A stretch of 64,000 nucleotides of DNA from Camelus dromedarius (Eukaryota): positions 94,986,001-95,050,000 of the forward strand of contig NC_087437.1 of assembly GCF_036321535.1 (NCBI RefSeq), written 5' to 3'. Positions 11,501-25,586 of this stretch are shown here, one piece after another (positions within the stretch are counted from its first letter, which is position 1; the number at the start of each line of letters is the position of its first letter). The notes under the pieces are model-generated. The model was not told where the DNA came from. It did not search any database and worked only from the letters and a program-made list of their open reading frames with translations. Made by a program: the position numbers and the translations under genes.

Positions 11501-12989
11501 AAGTTCATTATAATTATCTCCAGGTCAAAAGTTATTTTCTCATTTTCTTTACGAAATATTAGTTTAACGTGTACATCGACTCCAATTTACATAGTAATAC
11601 GAGCTCACAGGGTTTTTTAGGGCGTATATGTGCTTTTAAACCTATGAATTCTAAGATTATTTAAGAGTCTACAACTTAATGAGTCATGTAAAAAGAAAGA
11701 CCATATTACAAGGAACGGGAAAGGGTGTGAACTAGACCAAAACACCTAGATTTTCAGTATATTTAGGTTATGTATTAAATTGTTGATCTTGAATCTGACT
11801 TCACTGATTCTTAGTTTCCCTTCTGTAAGGTAATGATTCAGCGCTGTCTACTGTCTCAGGTACAGGATCATATGTCCTTAGAGCAAATGCAGTAATGCAT
11901 GGGAAATGCTTTATTAACTATTTAATGCTAGTTTTACAGGTGTCTCCTATTATTTTTATCTGAGTGACATTTTACTATTATGTTTTCACTCCTGCTTTGG
12001 AGTGCTCCTTGCTTCTTAATATATTGTTTAATTGGTTGACTGAAGAAACTATTACACCTTGGCACTCTAGGGGCAGTAGGCCCTGTTGAAGTAGCCCATC
12101 ACTCTCTGTTGGTTGGAATGTGTTTAATTCATATGGAATTCTGGAATCTTGTTCTTGCTCATCTAACAGAAAGCTTTGAAACTCAACTACTGAAGTCCCC
12201 AGAATATACAGATTGACCAAAAAAAGTCCATTGTATATTTTAACTCTATTTAAAAGACAGTGTATGTTGGAGCCGCTAGAGAATATCACCTTCATATATT
12301 GAAAATTCCTACTTTATATCCAACAATACTTCTTTCTACAGTTCAGTAGCCCTTCAGTTTTTTTTAATCCCATTCACACTCAATTAACATTTTAAATTGA
12401 GAAATTAAGTAACATGCGAATTAGTTATATGTATTTAGAGTTCATATGTTTGGATCAAATATGTTGGTGTATCTTATTCCTAGAAATGAGGGTCGCTGGC
12501 TTTCATTTTTCCATCCAGGGCACCCATATAGTATTGGCAAGTCACTTCACTAGGTGCTAGGTGTATACTTCTTCTTCCACTCTTTCAATAAACCCCCAAC
12601 CAAATGTATGAAAGACTATGGAACTGAGTATCACGTTGTATCCAGATGTTCCAAGAACGTAATTACTCCTTTACATGTGGAATTTACCAGTTAATACTGG
12701 GATTTTTCACTATAAATTTGACTTTCCCCAGTCTGATTTAATTAGTGACAACTACTAATACACTCCTGAGTTTGACTTTCATATAGAAAGCTTGTTTCTT
12801 ATTATTTTAAAGGCTTTTTTTTCCTTCATGAGAAAATAGTTTGCATTTAATGGTAGCTTATTCAATTATAATAAGATAATGGGAATAAATAAGGTAACAA
12901 AAAATAAAAATGAATTGTACATATTTACATATAAATTATGTATATATATAAATATATATATATTATCCTGCATGTATTTATATGTGTTA

Positions 12990-13200
12990 GTTACTTAACA
13001 CTTAAACAGTCTATGCACAATTCTAAGAAGTTTACATGTACGAAATCATTTATTCCTCATAACAGCTCAATCAGGTAGGTGTTATTATCCAATTTTTATA
13101 GATAGGAAACTGAGGCACAAAGAAGTAATATGACTTGCCAAAGTCCACATAGCTAGTGAGTGGCAGTTTTGGCTACTGGTCAGAGGTCTTTGTATCATGT
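12990..13200 (-). mobile_element. MIR SINE
   Basis: TCCTCATAACAGCTC...GGTAGGTGTTATTATCC...TAGATAGGAAACTGAGGCACAAAGAAGTAATATGACTTGCCAAAGTCCACATAGCTAGTGAGTGGCAG. Confidence 0.85.
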
Positions 13201-16200
13201 TGCCTCTCCCCAGATACGTCGCCAAACGTTTTCAGTAACATCAGCTGTCCAAATCTCCCTTTCCGTGTCTGTTATTATGAATTTATATTATCATACCATC
13301 GGATATTCAATGCAATAAGAGCTTTTGCCTTGTTCCAAATAGCATAGTGCATGGTGAAACACAATGGAGTTAAAGCTACTAATTCTTAAAGTATATTTCT
13401 CGATAGCTTTAGAATTCCTTCTGAGTGCTTTTTGGACTCTGAAATTGTCTTTCAGAGATTTCCCTGAAATGTCCTTTAGACAAACAGCCTGTACCTCCTG
13501 GTATATCCCCTCCACTCCTACCCAATGCACCACTCATTTCTGTTCCTTAGTGCTGCTACAGAACAGGTACAACAGAATCCACGTATACCAACATCCTCTA
13601 AACAGCATTCTTAGCTATGACACCAGAAAACTGCCCAGGCCATTCCTTTTTAAGTAATTTTATGTACATTAACATAAGTAGAAAAGTATATATTTTATTA
13701 GTACTTTACATATAAACATTTTGCCCTGACCCTTCCCTTTAATATGGTAAAATTATTTAAAAATAACTGATGAAAGACCCATGTTTATAGAATTAGGAAT
13801 GTTTATTTTCTTTCAAATTCGTACTGATATTTGAAGCTAAATGCTGATGTCAGTACTCTGAATGTTATCACACAATATTGAATTCTTGATATATTTTCAG
13901 TTCACCTCTCCACCATGGTAAATTTTTGGCTGTATAAATATTTAACATGGCATGATGTGTGGAGATGTTAAGTTAACATCTGTAAATGTAAAGTTAACAG
14001 GGTACCTTATTTCAATCTTCCAAAAGAAAAAAGAAAGAAAACATGGACAGGAATCATGTCAATCCAGAGTAACTTTCCTTGGTGATCAGGGAAATTTTTA
14101 AATGTTACAGAGATTTCTGTGAGTAGATCTTCTACATTAACATCTTCTACCTTGTGCTTGAGGGATAAAATTCACAACTAAATCTGTCCTATTTTATAAA
14201 ATGCCTTTTCACTCTTACTAGATAAAGTAGAAAATGAAGTATTTTAAGCTATTGATTTTTTGCATTTTTCTATTAGAAAAAAATACTTTTATTTTACTAG
14301 TAAATTTTTGTAGCATTTAGTAGGAAATGAGTAAAAGTACACTTTTTTCAATGTCACCGTAACATAAAATAGGGCATGATTTGAACTTGATAAATCACAC
14401 TTATTTTTCTAAACTCTCTTCATTTAAAAAGCATTTATGAACATAGACCCACCTTCTCTAATTACGTGTAATTTTTCTTTACCAATATCAGTGCTGAGAA
14501 CCAGGATACTTTGAAATAGAATATAGAGGTAAATAGCAGAAGCAAGAGAGAGCTCACTTAACTCCAAGTTGCTTGTTCCTGGAAGGTGCTCAAGGCTTGA
14601 GTAAAAGAAAAAGAAAAGTGTAGAATTTTTGATTATTTCCAATTCTGATAAGGATCTCAAGAAATATAGCTCCACGTTTTTTTTTTCCTGTTCTGAAATA
14701 TTTAAATGAACACAATTAAGTAAAGAGCAATGGGAGTATACTTGAAGAGTAATTGGGAAGTAAGGATATCTATGGATTACAGTAAGAATCATTTACACAC
14801 AACTCTTATGCACCCATTTCAGGGAAGAGAAGTAGTAGCAATTATCTTTATGTTATTGCTTCCATATATCTAAGAAGCATCCTGCTGTAGAACAGAAGGA
14901 GCTGCATGGCAGAATGGCACTTGCCGCAGCCCTTGATGAGTATGATCATGATCTAACAGGGAGCAAGCATATTGTCATGGTCACTGTGTTCATGTCGTTT
15001 TTGGATGATCTAACTTTGCATCACATTAAAAGTACAAATGTGTTTTTTTGAACTCAGACTGGGTTAGACTACATAAAAGCAAACTATGTTTCTGAATGCT
15101 AAGGACTACACCCTTTGTTCTCTTTTTTTATAGTGCTCTCCAGAGAGTGGTCACACAACTGAGATCATATAATTTTTTAATCTGTGGTCTGCCTGAATAT
15201 TGATTATGCCCTTTCAGGAGTGTCTGTAATCTCATCCTCTGTCAAAGTTTGCATGGTAGATGAAGGGCTCCCTGTGGCACTGTCCTAAGGAAGCCAGCTC
15301 CAGATAATTGGGAATGTAACTATAAGCGGTCCTAAGACTGGGGTTTTAAGATTCCATGTTATTATTCTTGATGGCTCGGATATCCATTCAGAGCTCTCCC
15401 ACAGATCTGAGTGTCAGCAACACTTCCACGATCCAGCCTTCCAGCCTCTATAAACGCTAGTCTCATGCAAGTTAAAAATTAAACCTTACTCTGAAAAATA
15501 ATGTGTATTGTTTCCTAACATTTTATATATTAATTTCTATAACTTGGCTTTTATTCAAATTGACAGACACTATGAATATAAACATTAATAAGCCTAAATT
15601 TACCTTAAAACTGACTGGGTTCTTTTTCTTTAAAACAAACAGAACTAGTAATCAGACTACTTTAGAATCTAAATGTTATCTTGCTGCTCAGTGGCCCAAT
15701 GCCATTATTTAGGTAACTTCCATAGCAACATTTCAAGTTTATTATTTGTCAGTTTTTAAGACTGTGTGGTAATCTAATCAGTTGATCATTACTCAGCTAT
15801 CATAAAAATGTCCATCTCTCCTTAAGAATATATCATATTTGGTTAACAGATATTTGTTGAGTTAACAAATATACTTGTAATGTCCAAGGCAGATTTAGGC
15901 AAATTTTGCATGATAGCTAACTTAAATGTATGTGTAAAATTGTGTTCCTATAATAATAACTGCATGTTTTCATAGGAGAAAAAATAGAAACAAAGGTTAG
16001 CAATATAATTCAGTTAAAATATAGATCATTATATATATACCTTAATGTCTATTCATTCTTATACTTCAAATGAACTAATTAACAATGGATAGCAGTACAT
16101 AAAATTTTCACCCTGTGGCCTAAGGCAATAAAATTTGGCAACACTGAGCTATGAAGAATGTTTCACATCCACATCCCAAAACTCTAAATAATTACAGGAT

Positions 16201-16646
16201 CCAGGCAGAAATATAAGTGAGTGAAACTGACAGTCTAAAACAAAAAGAAATAAACACCATGGCAAAGTTGATAGAACATAAACCATCAAAATAGTGCAGC
16301 TGCATCTCAGTTTTAACCAGTGGTCAAAAGGAAAAAATGCAGGCTATGACTGCCACATTATCTGATTTTTTTTGACACATACACACCCAAAATAATATGT
16401 ATTACTATTTCCAGTGTATTTATTTTTCAATGTTGACAACAAATTACTATCTTTTTAAAATTGTGAGTGCCAAATGAACACATATGTTGACTGACTTCTT
16501 CTCTCAGCCAACAAGCTGAACTTCTGCATGAATGTTTCTGTGGCATATCTAAGACAAGCATGTCAAGTTGTCAGAAGTGCTTTCTGATTAAGTACATTCT
16601 CAAAGTTCTAGTAAAATGCAAAGAGCAGGGAATATTAAAATCTAAG

Positions 16647-17013
16647 TGTCATAGTCCATTCAGGCTGCTGTAAAAGCATACCACAGACTTAGTGGTTTAT
16701 AAAAAATAGAAATTTATTTCTCACAGTTCTAGAGTTTGGGAAGTCCAACATCAAGACACTAGCAGATTCAGTGTCTGGTGAGGACCAGCTTCCTGGTTCA
16801 CATACAGACATTTTTTCACTGTGTCCTCATATACTAAGGGGCTAGGGAGTGCTTCATGTATCTTTTATAAAGCTGTTAATCCCATTCTTGAGGCTCTGCC
16901 CTTCTGACCTAATTACCTACCAAAGGACCCACCTCCTAATACCATAAGAATGGGGGTTAGGATTTCAACATATGAATTTGGGAGTAGGGTACACAAACGT
17001 TTAGTCTATAGTA
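16647..17013 (-). mobile_element. MaLR solo LTR (MLT1A-like)
   Basis: TGTCATAGTCCATTCAGGCTGCTG...ATTTATTTCTCACAGTTCT...GGATTTCAACATATGAATTTGGG, about 365 bp. 5-bp TSD CTAAG/CTAAT. Confidence 0.9.
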
Positions 17014-17391
17014 CTAATTATGCCAAGATGAAAAATCAGTATATTTCTGAAGGAAATTTATATTAATAAGAACATGTAATTTATTTGAAAAGCTTACGTA
17101 TTTAAATTGAACAAAGCTTCCAAAGAAAATGTTTTTAGAGAGAATCCTTAGAAGATGAGAGTTTAAGTTGCCAAGATGGAGGGAATGAACTCAAGACGTG
17201 AGGTTATGAAACATGGAACAATTTTTCAGAAGAGAAGGTAGTTCAGACATTGCTACAGCATATTATTTATTTAAGGAATCATGGACCATCCATGCATCCT
17301 TTTGTGAAACAGATATTTACCAAAAATATATCTACTATACATTAGAATCTGTGCTGCTGAGAGTACAGAGGTGAAGTAAATGGTCAGAGAA

Positions 17392-17422
17392 TGTGTGTGT
17401 GTGTGTGTGTGTAAGTGTGTGT
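17392..17422. repeat. (TG)n microsatellite, interrupted
   Basis: About 10 TG units, AA, then 4 more. Confidence 0.95.
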
Positions 17423-17449
17423 ATAGTACAAGGATTACAAATTACATTA

Positions 17450-18800
17450 CATAAGAGAGGAATAACAAGCTGAGAAATTATCATAAAACCACTGAAATGT
17501 ATATATTTTTAAAAGTCAGTAGGGAAACTTCCATAATTAAGGACATATAGGACACTCATTGAAAAGCATTCACCTCAGAAAAAGTACAAATCACACAAGG
17601 AAATGAAACACCATGAGAGAGAGTCGAATGTTATAAAAAGCCAGAGTATCCCTAGTACTAGAGTTAATGGAAAAAATCTGATGACTGTAACTTTAGCTAA
17701 AATTGTCAAAGGGATCAAAAGAAGAGAAATTACCAGAAGGACATATAAAAACTATGCAGAAATACAAAAATCAAAGAATAAAAGCAAAACGATAAGAAAA
17801 AGAGAATAAAATTTGGATAAGTAGTTTTTTAAAATAACCAAATAATTTAGACATGAAAAATACAGTAATTAAAATTAAAACTTAATGAATATATTAAACA
17901 AATTAGTGAGAAATGAAGGAGTAAATTGAAATTATTTTCCTAGCTTGTTGCACAGAAAACTATGGAGTCAAAAATATATTAAAAAAAGAAATCAGAAGGC
18001 ATTGAAAATTGATAAGAGTACAACACATATGACTAAGATTGCTGAAAGAGATGTCTGAAAGACAATTTTAAAAGATAGTGGCTGAGAAATTTCTGAATTA
18101 AAGACAGATGTGGCTCCTCGGGTAAAGCTACTCACTGAGTCTTAGAGAAAAGTTTTTTAAAAACCTTACAAATTGTCCTCTCCCCTACCATAAAAGACAG
18201 ATTATCCATGAATATTGACAATTAAATCATTTAACATATATCTCACTAGCAACAATACATATCAGAAAACAGTGAAATAATATCTTTAACATGCTGACTG
18301 AAAAAAAACACAATAAATGTAAAACTCCCTGCCCAGGAAAATTGTTATTTAAGAGTAAGGGTAAAACAAATACTGTTTTTAGGCAATACAAAGTTTATTA
18401 CTTAGTCATGTGTAGAGAGAATGACCAAAAAAAAGTATTATCTTTTTTTAGAGGAAAAGTGAAGGCTTAGACTTCAAGGAGGAGTTAATTTTAAGAAATT
18501 AAGTGGGCAAATATTGGTATATCCAAAAAAATTCAAATAATAAGAATAACAACAAATTATTGATGGTTGTAAAATCAGACTGGTGCTGACACACTTCATA
18601 ATAGTAAAATGAAAATTGAGTGTAATTAAAATTAAAACGTTAAAAGATTCTTCTCTTTTGCAGAAGAAGGTTAGTGGCCTAGGACTTAGTTAAGGCAAAC
18701 ACACATCTTTAAAAAGCCATCAGTAAATTAATGAAAATAAAGATAATCAATCAATAAATAGAAATAGCTTAAATAACTTTTAAACCATCAGGAGAAATTA
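17450..18800 (+). mobile_element. Highly decayed ancient L1 (ORF1-region-like) fragment
   Basis: Strongly A-rich + strand with L1 ORF1-like relics (ATAGTGGCTGAGAAATTTCTGAATT; CAGAAAACAGTGAAATAATATCTTTAACATGCTGA). Confidence 0.55.
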
Positions 18801-18832
18801 TATATTTAGTAGTGCCTGAATTACATATTTAG

Positions 18833-19399
18833 TGTAGGTAGTTAGCTTTGGTAGTTAGCTTCCAAGATTCCCTCCAATTATTAACACATCGCAGTATTCA
18901 TGACCTCCCATGTATCACTGATCACCGAATCACTGATGGTCCATGTGGCTGATAGCATATAACAGAATGTCACTTCATATATTTTCTTATGCAAGACTAT
19001 GCCTTTAATCATGGGTACCTTTTCACTTATACACACTCACTAGCCTTGGATCCCTCACTCAGCGGGAACTGGCTTCCATGTTGTAAGCAGCCCAATGAGG
19101 AAACCTATGATGTAAGGTGCTAAAGATTTGGGTCAACGGGTAGTGAGGAATTGAGGGCTGCCAACAATCGTGTAAGTGAACTTAGAAGTAGATTGTCCGG
19201 CACCTGCCAAGCCTTCAGATGCCTGCAGCCCAGCCACCACCTTGACTGCAACCTCATGAGAGATCTTAATCAGAACCAGTCAGCTAGACCACTTCCAGAT
19301 TCCTGACCCTCAGAAATTATGTGAGATAATAAATGTTTGTTTTATTTAGCTGCTAAGTTTCTAGGGTAATTTGTTACGCAGCAATAGATAATTAATACA
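18833..19399 (+). mobile_element. MaLR solo LTR (MLT1F-like)
   Basis: Ends with the MLT1 signature TGTGAGATAATAAATGTTTGTT...GCTGCTAAGTTT...GTAATTTGTTACGCAGCAATAGATAATTAATACA and contains CTTGACTGCAACCTCATGAGAGA. Confidence 0.88.
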
Positions 19400-20619
19400 G
19401 GCATGATGACTTTGTCATGCAGTCTTTACAGAATTTATTTTGCCCTGAAAACAAATCAACACATACAAAAAATGTGTTGATTAACTTGAGAGTACTGATG
19501 CTGGAAAAGACTTTAGATCTATGTAGTTCGGTTGTCTCTTTTTGTAGGAAGTGATCTGAGATCCACACAGGTTGAGTTAGTTTCCCAAAGTCACACAGTT
19601 TGTAATAGATTCAGAATTTTACTCCAAGGTCTTCTGTCTTCCAATTCAGTACAATTTTACTACTCTGTGCAATAATTATGAAACTCACTTCTTAAAGAAT
19701 ACCACTTAAAAAGCATCATTCAGTTGTAAGATTTACTGAATAAAACTTTACCTTATGTTACTTCCGTGGTTGAATTTTATTTGTCTTTATACCATTTCCA
19801 TAAAAAGTTAACATTCATTAGGGAACTATTTGCAGCAGAATAATCAACAATTTCTTACACAAGTATTACATGCTTTGCTAACTCTTTAAAATCATGAGAC
19901 ATCTTTGTCATTGGAAAAACTGCAGCATGTCACAGAGTATTTGAAATTAAAATTAATTTTCTTTTCCTGCCTTGTGTGTCCACCAAAATTTTTTCCACAT
20001 ATAAAAGACTTGTAATTCACAGCAAGGAAGCCACAATTATTTTTTAACAGTATCTGGTCAGCTCTGGAAACCTTTTATGTGCTTCCTGGCAATATTAAAG
20101 AAATCATAAAGGCTTTATAGTTGTTACTGCCCCTCTACCCCTTACTGTTCTTTATCGTGCTTGAATCCCACCTTCACTTATCCAACTTTGGAGCAAAGCT
20201 TCTCCTTTAAACATATTCCAGCCAAATAATCAGTTATCTGCTGAGAATGATTACAGGTTTTCCAGGCATGCTAGGGCTTCATCTAAAACATTGTCTCTGC
20301 CTTATATCTTCTTGAATGATATTTCTTCAGATGTGATCTGTGAGTTTCAAAAGTCTTCCAAGAGCTCATTATTATGGTAAAAAGAAGAACAAAGAGAAAA
20401 AGGACAGTAAGTGGGAACCTCCTGCTTGCATTTTTCACTGATAAAATCAGATGGTATAACAATTTACTCTGAAAAACATTTTTTTTTATGTTAAAAAGGA
20501 ATATTTTGGCAATTGTGCTTATGGTCACATTTGTATTTTTAATATCATGGCAGTGAGAGCATTTTCATTACAAAGTAAGTCTCTCCTTTTTTCAGTAATT
20601 TGATTAGAAGCATCAGAAT

Positions 20620-21900
20620 AGCATTTTCAACATTCTCTCATAAAATAAATGTAGATCTAGCAAACCAAAGAAATAAATGCATAGCTTAGTGAATAATTTT
20701 AAGAACAACACTCATGTAACGCAAGTCAAGAAACAGCACGCTGTCAACCACCTTAGAAGCCCCTCCACCTGTGCCCCATTCAAGTCACAAATCCCTCATT
20801 CCAAGCCAAAAAACCCCACTATTTTGGCTTTTACAGTAATCACTTCCCTGCTTTTCTTTATGATTTTATCATGCAAGTAAGCATCCTTAGAGTTAGGCTT
20901 AGTGTTACTTTTAGTTAGTTTGGCTTAGTGTTACTTTTTTTAAACATAATTTGTCTTTTAGGGCTCAATTAATCTACAGGTTTCTCTTCCATCCATTTAT
21001 TTTTCTTGCAAGTTTTCTGTCGAGGAACCCAAGACACTGACCTGCAGCCTTTTCCATGTTATTGTTCAATATGTTACAATGAACTCTATATTTTCTGTAA
21101 ATTGGCAGCTGGACCTAGTAGATGGATCAAATGCAGATTATATTCATTTCATAAACATATCGTCTTGCAAACAAAGGCACATTATACCTGTTTTTCACTC
21201 GTTATTAATTCCTTAGGAGTTGCAAAATGGTAATATTCTAATTCTATATTTTTGACTGGCTGAATAATTTTAGAAAGAGAGATTTACTATCATCTATCAT
21301 CTGGCTATCCAGTGGTACAGTTCATATGGAAAACAGGACAAATGCTAGATCTTTTCCTTTTATCAAATTAGTTTTTAAGAAAATGAATTGTTTCACAGTC
21401 ATCCTTACAGGGTGATAACTAGACTTTAAATACAACATGAATTCATGAATTTAAACATACGTGATGAGTACCCACCTACTGTAGATCTTATCGTTATCCA
21501 AGATTAAATTGTTTCATCTTTGGTCAATAGAGTCTTTCTAAACTGGCTTTCAGAACCTTTTGTCATTACCCTGGTAATGACATTTTTGCTTCCTGGCATT
21601 CTATGATGTTCCAGACTCATCTTGTATATTCGCTGGCCTAGATCTACCATCAGCCATTTTTACTAAAAGCACGGACTTCCTTTAATGGAAACAGGTATTT
21701 CAAGACATCATCTTGGGTCTAGGGATGCTCACTGATTAATCATTGTTTCCAGGCCTTTTCAGTGGACAGAGTGAGGATACCCCAAGGTTTTTGCTTTGTC
21801 TCTTCCATATTACAGCTGTATCTCCTTTCTCCGTTACCGAGTATCTTGGTTTTCAAGGACAGAGGAAGTGACAGAATTATAATATTTCATAAATACTTAT
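20620..21900 (-). mobile_element. Ancient L1MC/L1ME-type 3' region
   Basis: Motifs GATGTTCCAGACTCATCTTGTATATT...ATCAGCCATTT...TTCCTTTAATGGAAA...GGTATTT...CTAGGGATGCTCA and CCAGGCCTTTTCAGTGGACAGAG are typical of L1MC-type 3' UTRs. Confidence 0.65.
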
Positions 21901-22002
21901 TAAGTGAATAACTCAAAGTTAATGGTCATGAATTTAAAATAAGGGTAGGTAGCATGGTTGTGTATCCTTTTCCAGCCACACACAGCTGCATAGATGCCAG
22001 TT

Positions 22003-22420
22003 GTATTAGGTCGAGCTTCCTTGAGAATCAAATGCCAAGACAGGATTAGACATGTAGAATAGTTAGGGGAAATACCTGTTAGAGAAAAAGAGGAGGGTAC
22101 CAGAAGATGTGGTAGGAGTCTTCAGACAACACTGTAGATCTGTCCCTGTAAATAGGTGAGGAAAAGAAGGAAGATGGGGTAAGAAGGTTCTCAGACTCAG
22201 GCACAGTTAGTTGTAAAATGTTTTGGCCAGGTTAAAACTCATCCGTCAGAAAAGTCCTATATTGGTGTTGCCACTATATTCAGTATTGGCTGAGAGCAAC
22301 TTGTGGAAATCATGTCCTTGTTGCAAACTCAGTGATAGATATACAAGTTACAGCAGCTGGAGCCGTCAGTCAGTTACCCCCTGAAGCAGAAAATCTGATT
22401 GGTGGGTAGTGGGGCTGAGA
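22003..22420 (-). mobile_element. Old ERVL-class LTR (LTR16-like; subfamily uncertain)
   Basis: Starts TGTATTAGGTC...CCAAGACAGGATTAG...GGGGAAATACCTGT...TCAGAC...GTAGATCTG, resembling recalled ERVL LTR minus strands. Confidence 0.5.
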
Positions 22421-22429
22421 GTAAGGTTT

Positions 22430-23735
22430 AACCAGAGGTTGATTCTTATCAGAGAAATAAAGTGAAGAAGAGGACAAGTGTTTCAAGATTCTTGCACAGG
22501 AATATGCAAGGAAATTATGATAGTGAAGGGACATTAAAGAAGAAGAAGGACATGAGTTGAGAGATGAATAGTAAAAATTATTTTGGGGGTGGGGGTAATA
22601 TATTGTAACTCCAGCTGGGATCAAGGAAATATTAGAGTAATTGAGGAAGGATGTTGGAAAGATGGGAAGATTGTAAGAGAAGGAAATATTTGAATTAAGG
22701 TTGTGCAGTGTTACAGTTATTGGGAATGGCAAATTCTAGTCTTGGAAGTCAGTGTTGAGATAAATCAGATATAAATGTTATTTTAAAAAGAATTAGTATA
22801 TGACCCAGCAATTCCACTGCTGGGTATATATCCAAAGAAAATAAAAACACTAATTTGAAAAGATACATGCACCACAGTGTTCATAGCAGCATTATTTATA
22901 ATAGCCAAGATATGGAAGCAAACCAAGGGTTCAACAACAGATGAATGATAAAGAAAATGTGATATGTTAAGAATAGACTGTTACTCAGCCACAAAGAAGA
23001 ATGAAGTTCTGCCATTTGCAACAATGTGGATGGACCTTGAAGGTATCATGTTCAGTGAAATTAGTCAGATAGAGAAAGACAAATACTCTATGTTATCACT
23101 TATATGTGGAATGTGAAAAATAAAACAAACAAATATGTATAATAAAACAGAAACAGACTCACAGATATAGAGAACAAACTAGTGGTTATCAGTGCGGAAA
23201 GGGAAGTAGGGGCAAGATAGGGATATGGGATTAAAAGATACAAATACTGTGCGTAAAATAAATAATAAGGCTGTGTTGTATAGCACAGAGAAATATAGCC
23301 ATTATTTTTTTAGTAACTTTAGATGGAATATATAATCTATAAAAATATTGAATCACCAGGTTGTACATCTGAAACTAATATAATATTGTAAATCACCTAT
23401 ATTTCAGTTAAAAATAATGATTTAAAAATAAACATCATGTTAAAACTTTTTAAAAAAGATATAAAAATTTTCAAAGCTGGAGAAGGAGTAACCAGATGGT
23501 AAACAGTAGAGTTTAAAGACCTAGTAATCAAAGTAAGGGGTTTCATTGGAAGAATGAATGGACTGGAAGCATGAGGACAGCTACCTGGCATTAAGGCGAA
23601 GCAGTAGCAGGAGTGCAGAAGGGAAAACAGCTATGTCTTGGGAAGATCACCTGGAATATTCAGGAAGACGCAGGTTTCAGTTAGAGCCAGAACTGAAGAG
23701 AATGCTTAGAAATAAGGTTGTTTCTCCACATGTAG
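22430..23735 (-). mobile_element. L2 LINE 5' ORF2 (endonuclease region) fragment, interrupted by the L1 at 22783-23458
   Basis: Minus strand of 23670-23696 translates SVLALTETC, the APE-endonuclease motif (LALTETW) of L2/CR1 ORF2. The purine-rich + strand continues on both sides of the L1. Confidence 0.6.
22783..23458 (+). mobile_element. 5'-truncated LINE-1 3' end
   Basis: TATGACCCAGCAATTCCACTGCTGGGTATATATCC...ATAGCAGCATTATTTATAATAGCCAAGATATGGAAGCAA is the ORF2 end. The 3' UTR is homologous to the L1 at 31426-32907 and is followed by an A-rich tail. Approximate TSD AGATATAAA on both sides. Confidence 0.92.
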
Positions 23736-23739
23736 AGGA

Positions 23740-24265
23740 TTCATCTCTAGATCACTTTTTTCCTGGCAGCACCCTGGATCTGATCATTACTCGGAAGCCA
23801 TTTCTGAATTTTTTCATCATTTGCCATCTTGAGAGGCTGAGAATTCTTTTAAGTTCTGGCAGGTTTTTTGTAAATTATTTTGCCTTCAATTTGTCTCTTT
23901 CCTTTCACATGTTTAGTATAAGCAGCAAGAAAAACAGTAGTACCTTCAACACTTTGCTTGGAAATCTCCTTACGAAGATCAGCCAGTTCATTGGGCACAG
24001 TTTAGTGTGGCTACAGTCTGCTCCCAGGTAACAAAGATCCTCCTCTCCTCCAGGTTCCGATCACGTTTCCCACTCCCTCTTGAGCCTTCACCAGCAGCTC
24101 GCTCCAAGTTGAGATTTCCACTACAAGTCTGTTCAGGGCCATTTAGATGTTCTCCATCTTGCTCCTCAACATTCTTCCTGCTTCCATACCCTGCCTAGGT
24201 CCAAAGCGACTTCCATATTTTTAAGTGTTTGTGAGGGCAGCACCCTACTTCCAGTTACCAAAATC
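23740..24265 (-). mobile_element. MaLR internal sequence (MLT1-int) attached to the LTR
   Basis: Ends CCCTACTTCCAGTTACCAAAATC|TGTA, the typical MaLR LTR/internal junction on the minus strand. Confidence 0.65.
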
Positions 24266-24788
24266 TGTACTGGTTATTAATTGTTGCACAACAAAAGGCC
24301 CCAAAGCTTAAACAACCAACATTTATTATCTTACAGTTTCTCTGAGTCAGAAATTTGGATATAGCTTAGCTGAGTGCCTCGGCTTCAGAGCCTTTCACAA
24401 GGCTTTTAAATGTGTTGACTGAAGCCTGAAATCATCTCAAGACTTGACTAAGGGAAGATTGTTTGGCAAATTTCTTTATAAGGTGATTAACAAGCCTCAG
24501 GCCCTCACTGACCACTGACCAGAGGCATCAAGACCTTGTTAAGAGTGTAGCTCAAAACACGGCATTTAGATTAAGCAACTGAAAAATCAAGAGAGGACAC
24601 TCAGTATGGAAGCCCAAACTTTTTGAAGCCTAATATCAAAAGTAGCATCTCATTACTTTTACTTTTAGTCTTTTATTTGTTAGAAACAAATCACTAGGTC
24701 CAGCCTGTACTAAAGGGGAGGGTTACATAGCCATAAATACTAGTAGGCAGAAATCATTGAGGATCATCATAGAGATGGCCAACCACCA
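24266..24788 (-). mobile_element. MaLR LTR (MLT1F/G/H-like)
   Basis: AAACAACCAACATTTATTATCTTACAGTTTCTCTGAGTCAGAAATTTGG...GCTTAGCTGAGTG and ...TCACTAGGTCCAGCC...AAGGGGAGGG are MLT1 minus-strand motifs. Confidence 0.8.
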
Positions 24789-25584
24789 TTATGTACATTT
24801 ATAATTAAAGAAAATGCTAACTTTTAGTTAGTGGTTAGTGAAAATGAAGATACATCTTCCTCATCAAAAGTCAGGGGCCTTTGGTTTTAAGAACAGCTAG
24901 ACTAAAGAAAGACTTTTTTCTTACCATATTGATAAAGAATTATCTGGCAAAATTGGAGAAGTTTGACAAATGTTGACTTTACTACAGAGACTAGTTTATG
25001 GGGATCAAATACTCACTCTTATATAAAATTGTTGCTGTGATGTTATATTTGTAGAACACATTCTAGCCCTCACAAACTGATTGTTTCTCACAAAATAGCT
25101 AAAGCATTGCAAATTAAGAAGCAAGAAAACAATCTTCAAAGTATAGGATTTTAAATGATCATTAATTCTCCATATTAATCATTTATATAGTGTTGTTACT
25201 TTTTACTGCATTTCATATCTACATGTATGTCATCTCTATTTATATCTCTATCTGCAATTGTTAAATCCAATATGAGCGAGGGAATTTAACCTGAAAATTT
25301 TTGCAAAACATTGAGTTAATGAATTTGATGATTTCGAACTTAGTGGCAACTGGTCACTAAGGGCCCCCTTCCTCATTTTCACTTTCATTATTTTTTTTGG
25401 AAAAACTTAAATAGGCAGTTATAAATTTCTACTGTTTGTGCTAAAAGTTAGCATCTGTCACTTTTTTTCCATCATTATAGTAATGAAAACTAGGAAACAT
25501 CAAAAATAATTTTCATTTTTATCTTTCCTGGGAGGCTTTATAGTACTTCTAATTCTTTAAAAAAAAAAAAAAAACAACAACTCC

Positions 25585-25586
25585 TG

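Noticed and set aside
15316..15336. GTAACTATAAGCGGTCCTAAG resembles bacterial 23S rRNA / the I-CeuI site (GTAACTATAACGGTCCTAAG) with a 1-nt insertion
   Set aside because: Only ~20 nt with an indel, and the flanks show no rRNA similarity. Treated as chance rather than an rRNA fragment or horizontal transfer.
23558..24031. 157-aa + strand ORF with STLDLIIT resembling a LINE endonuclease motif
   Set aside because: The frame straddles two different minus-strand repeats (L2 and MLT1-int), so the motif is most likely coincidental.
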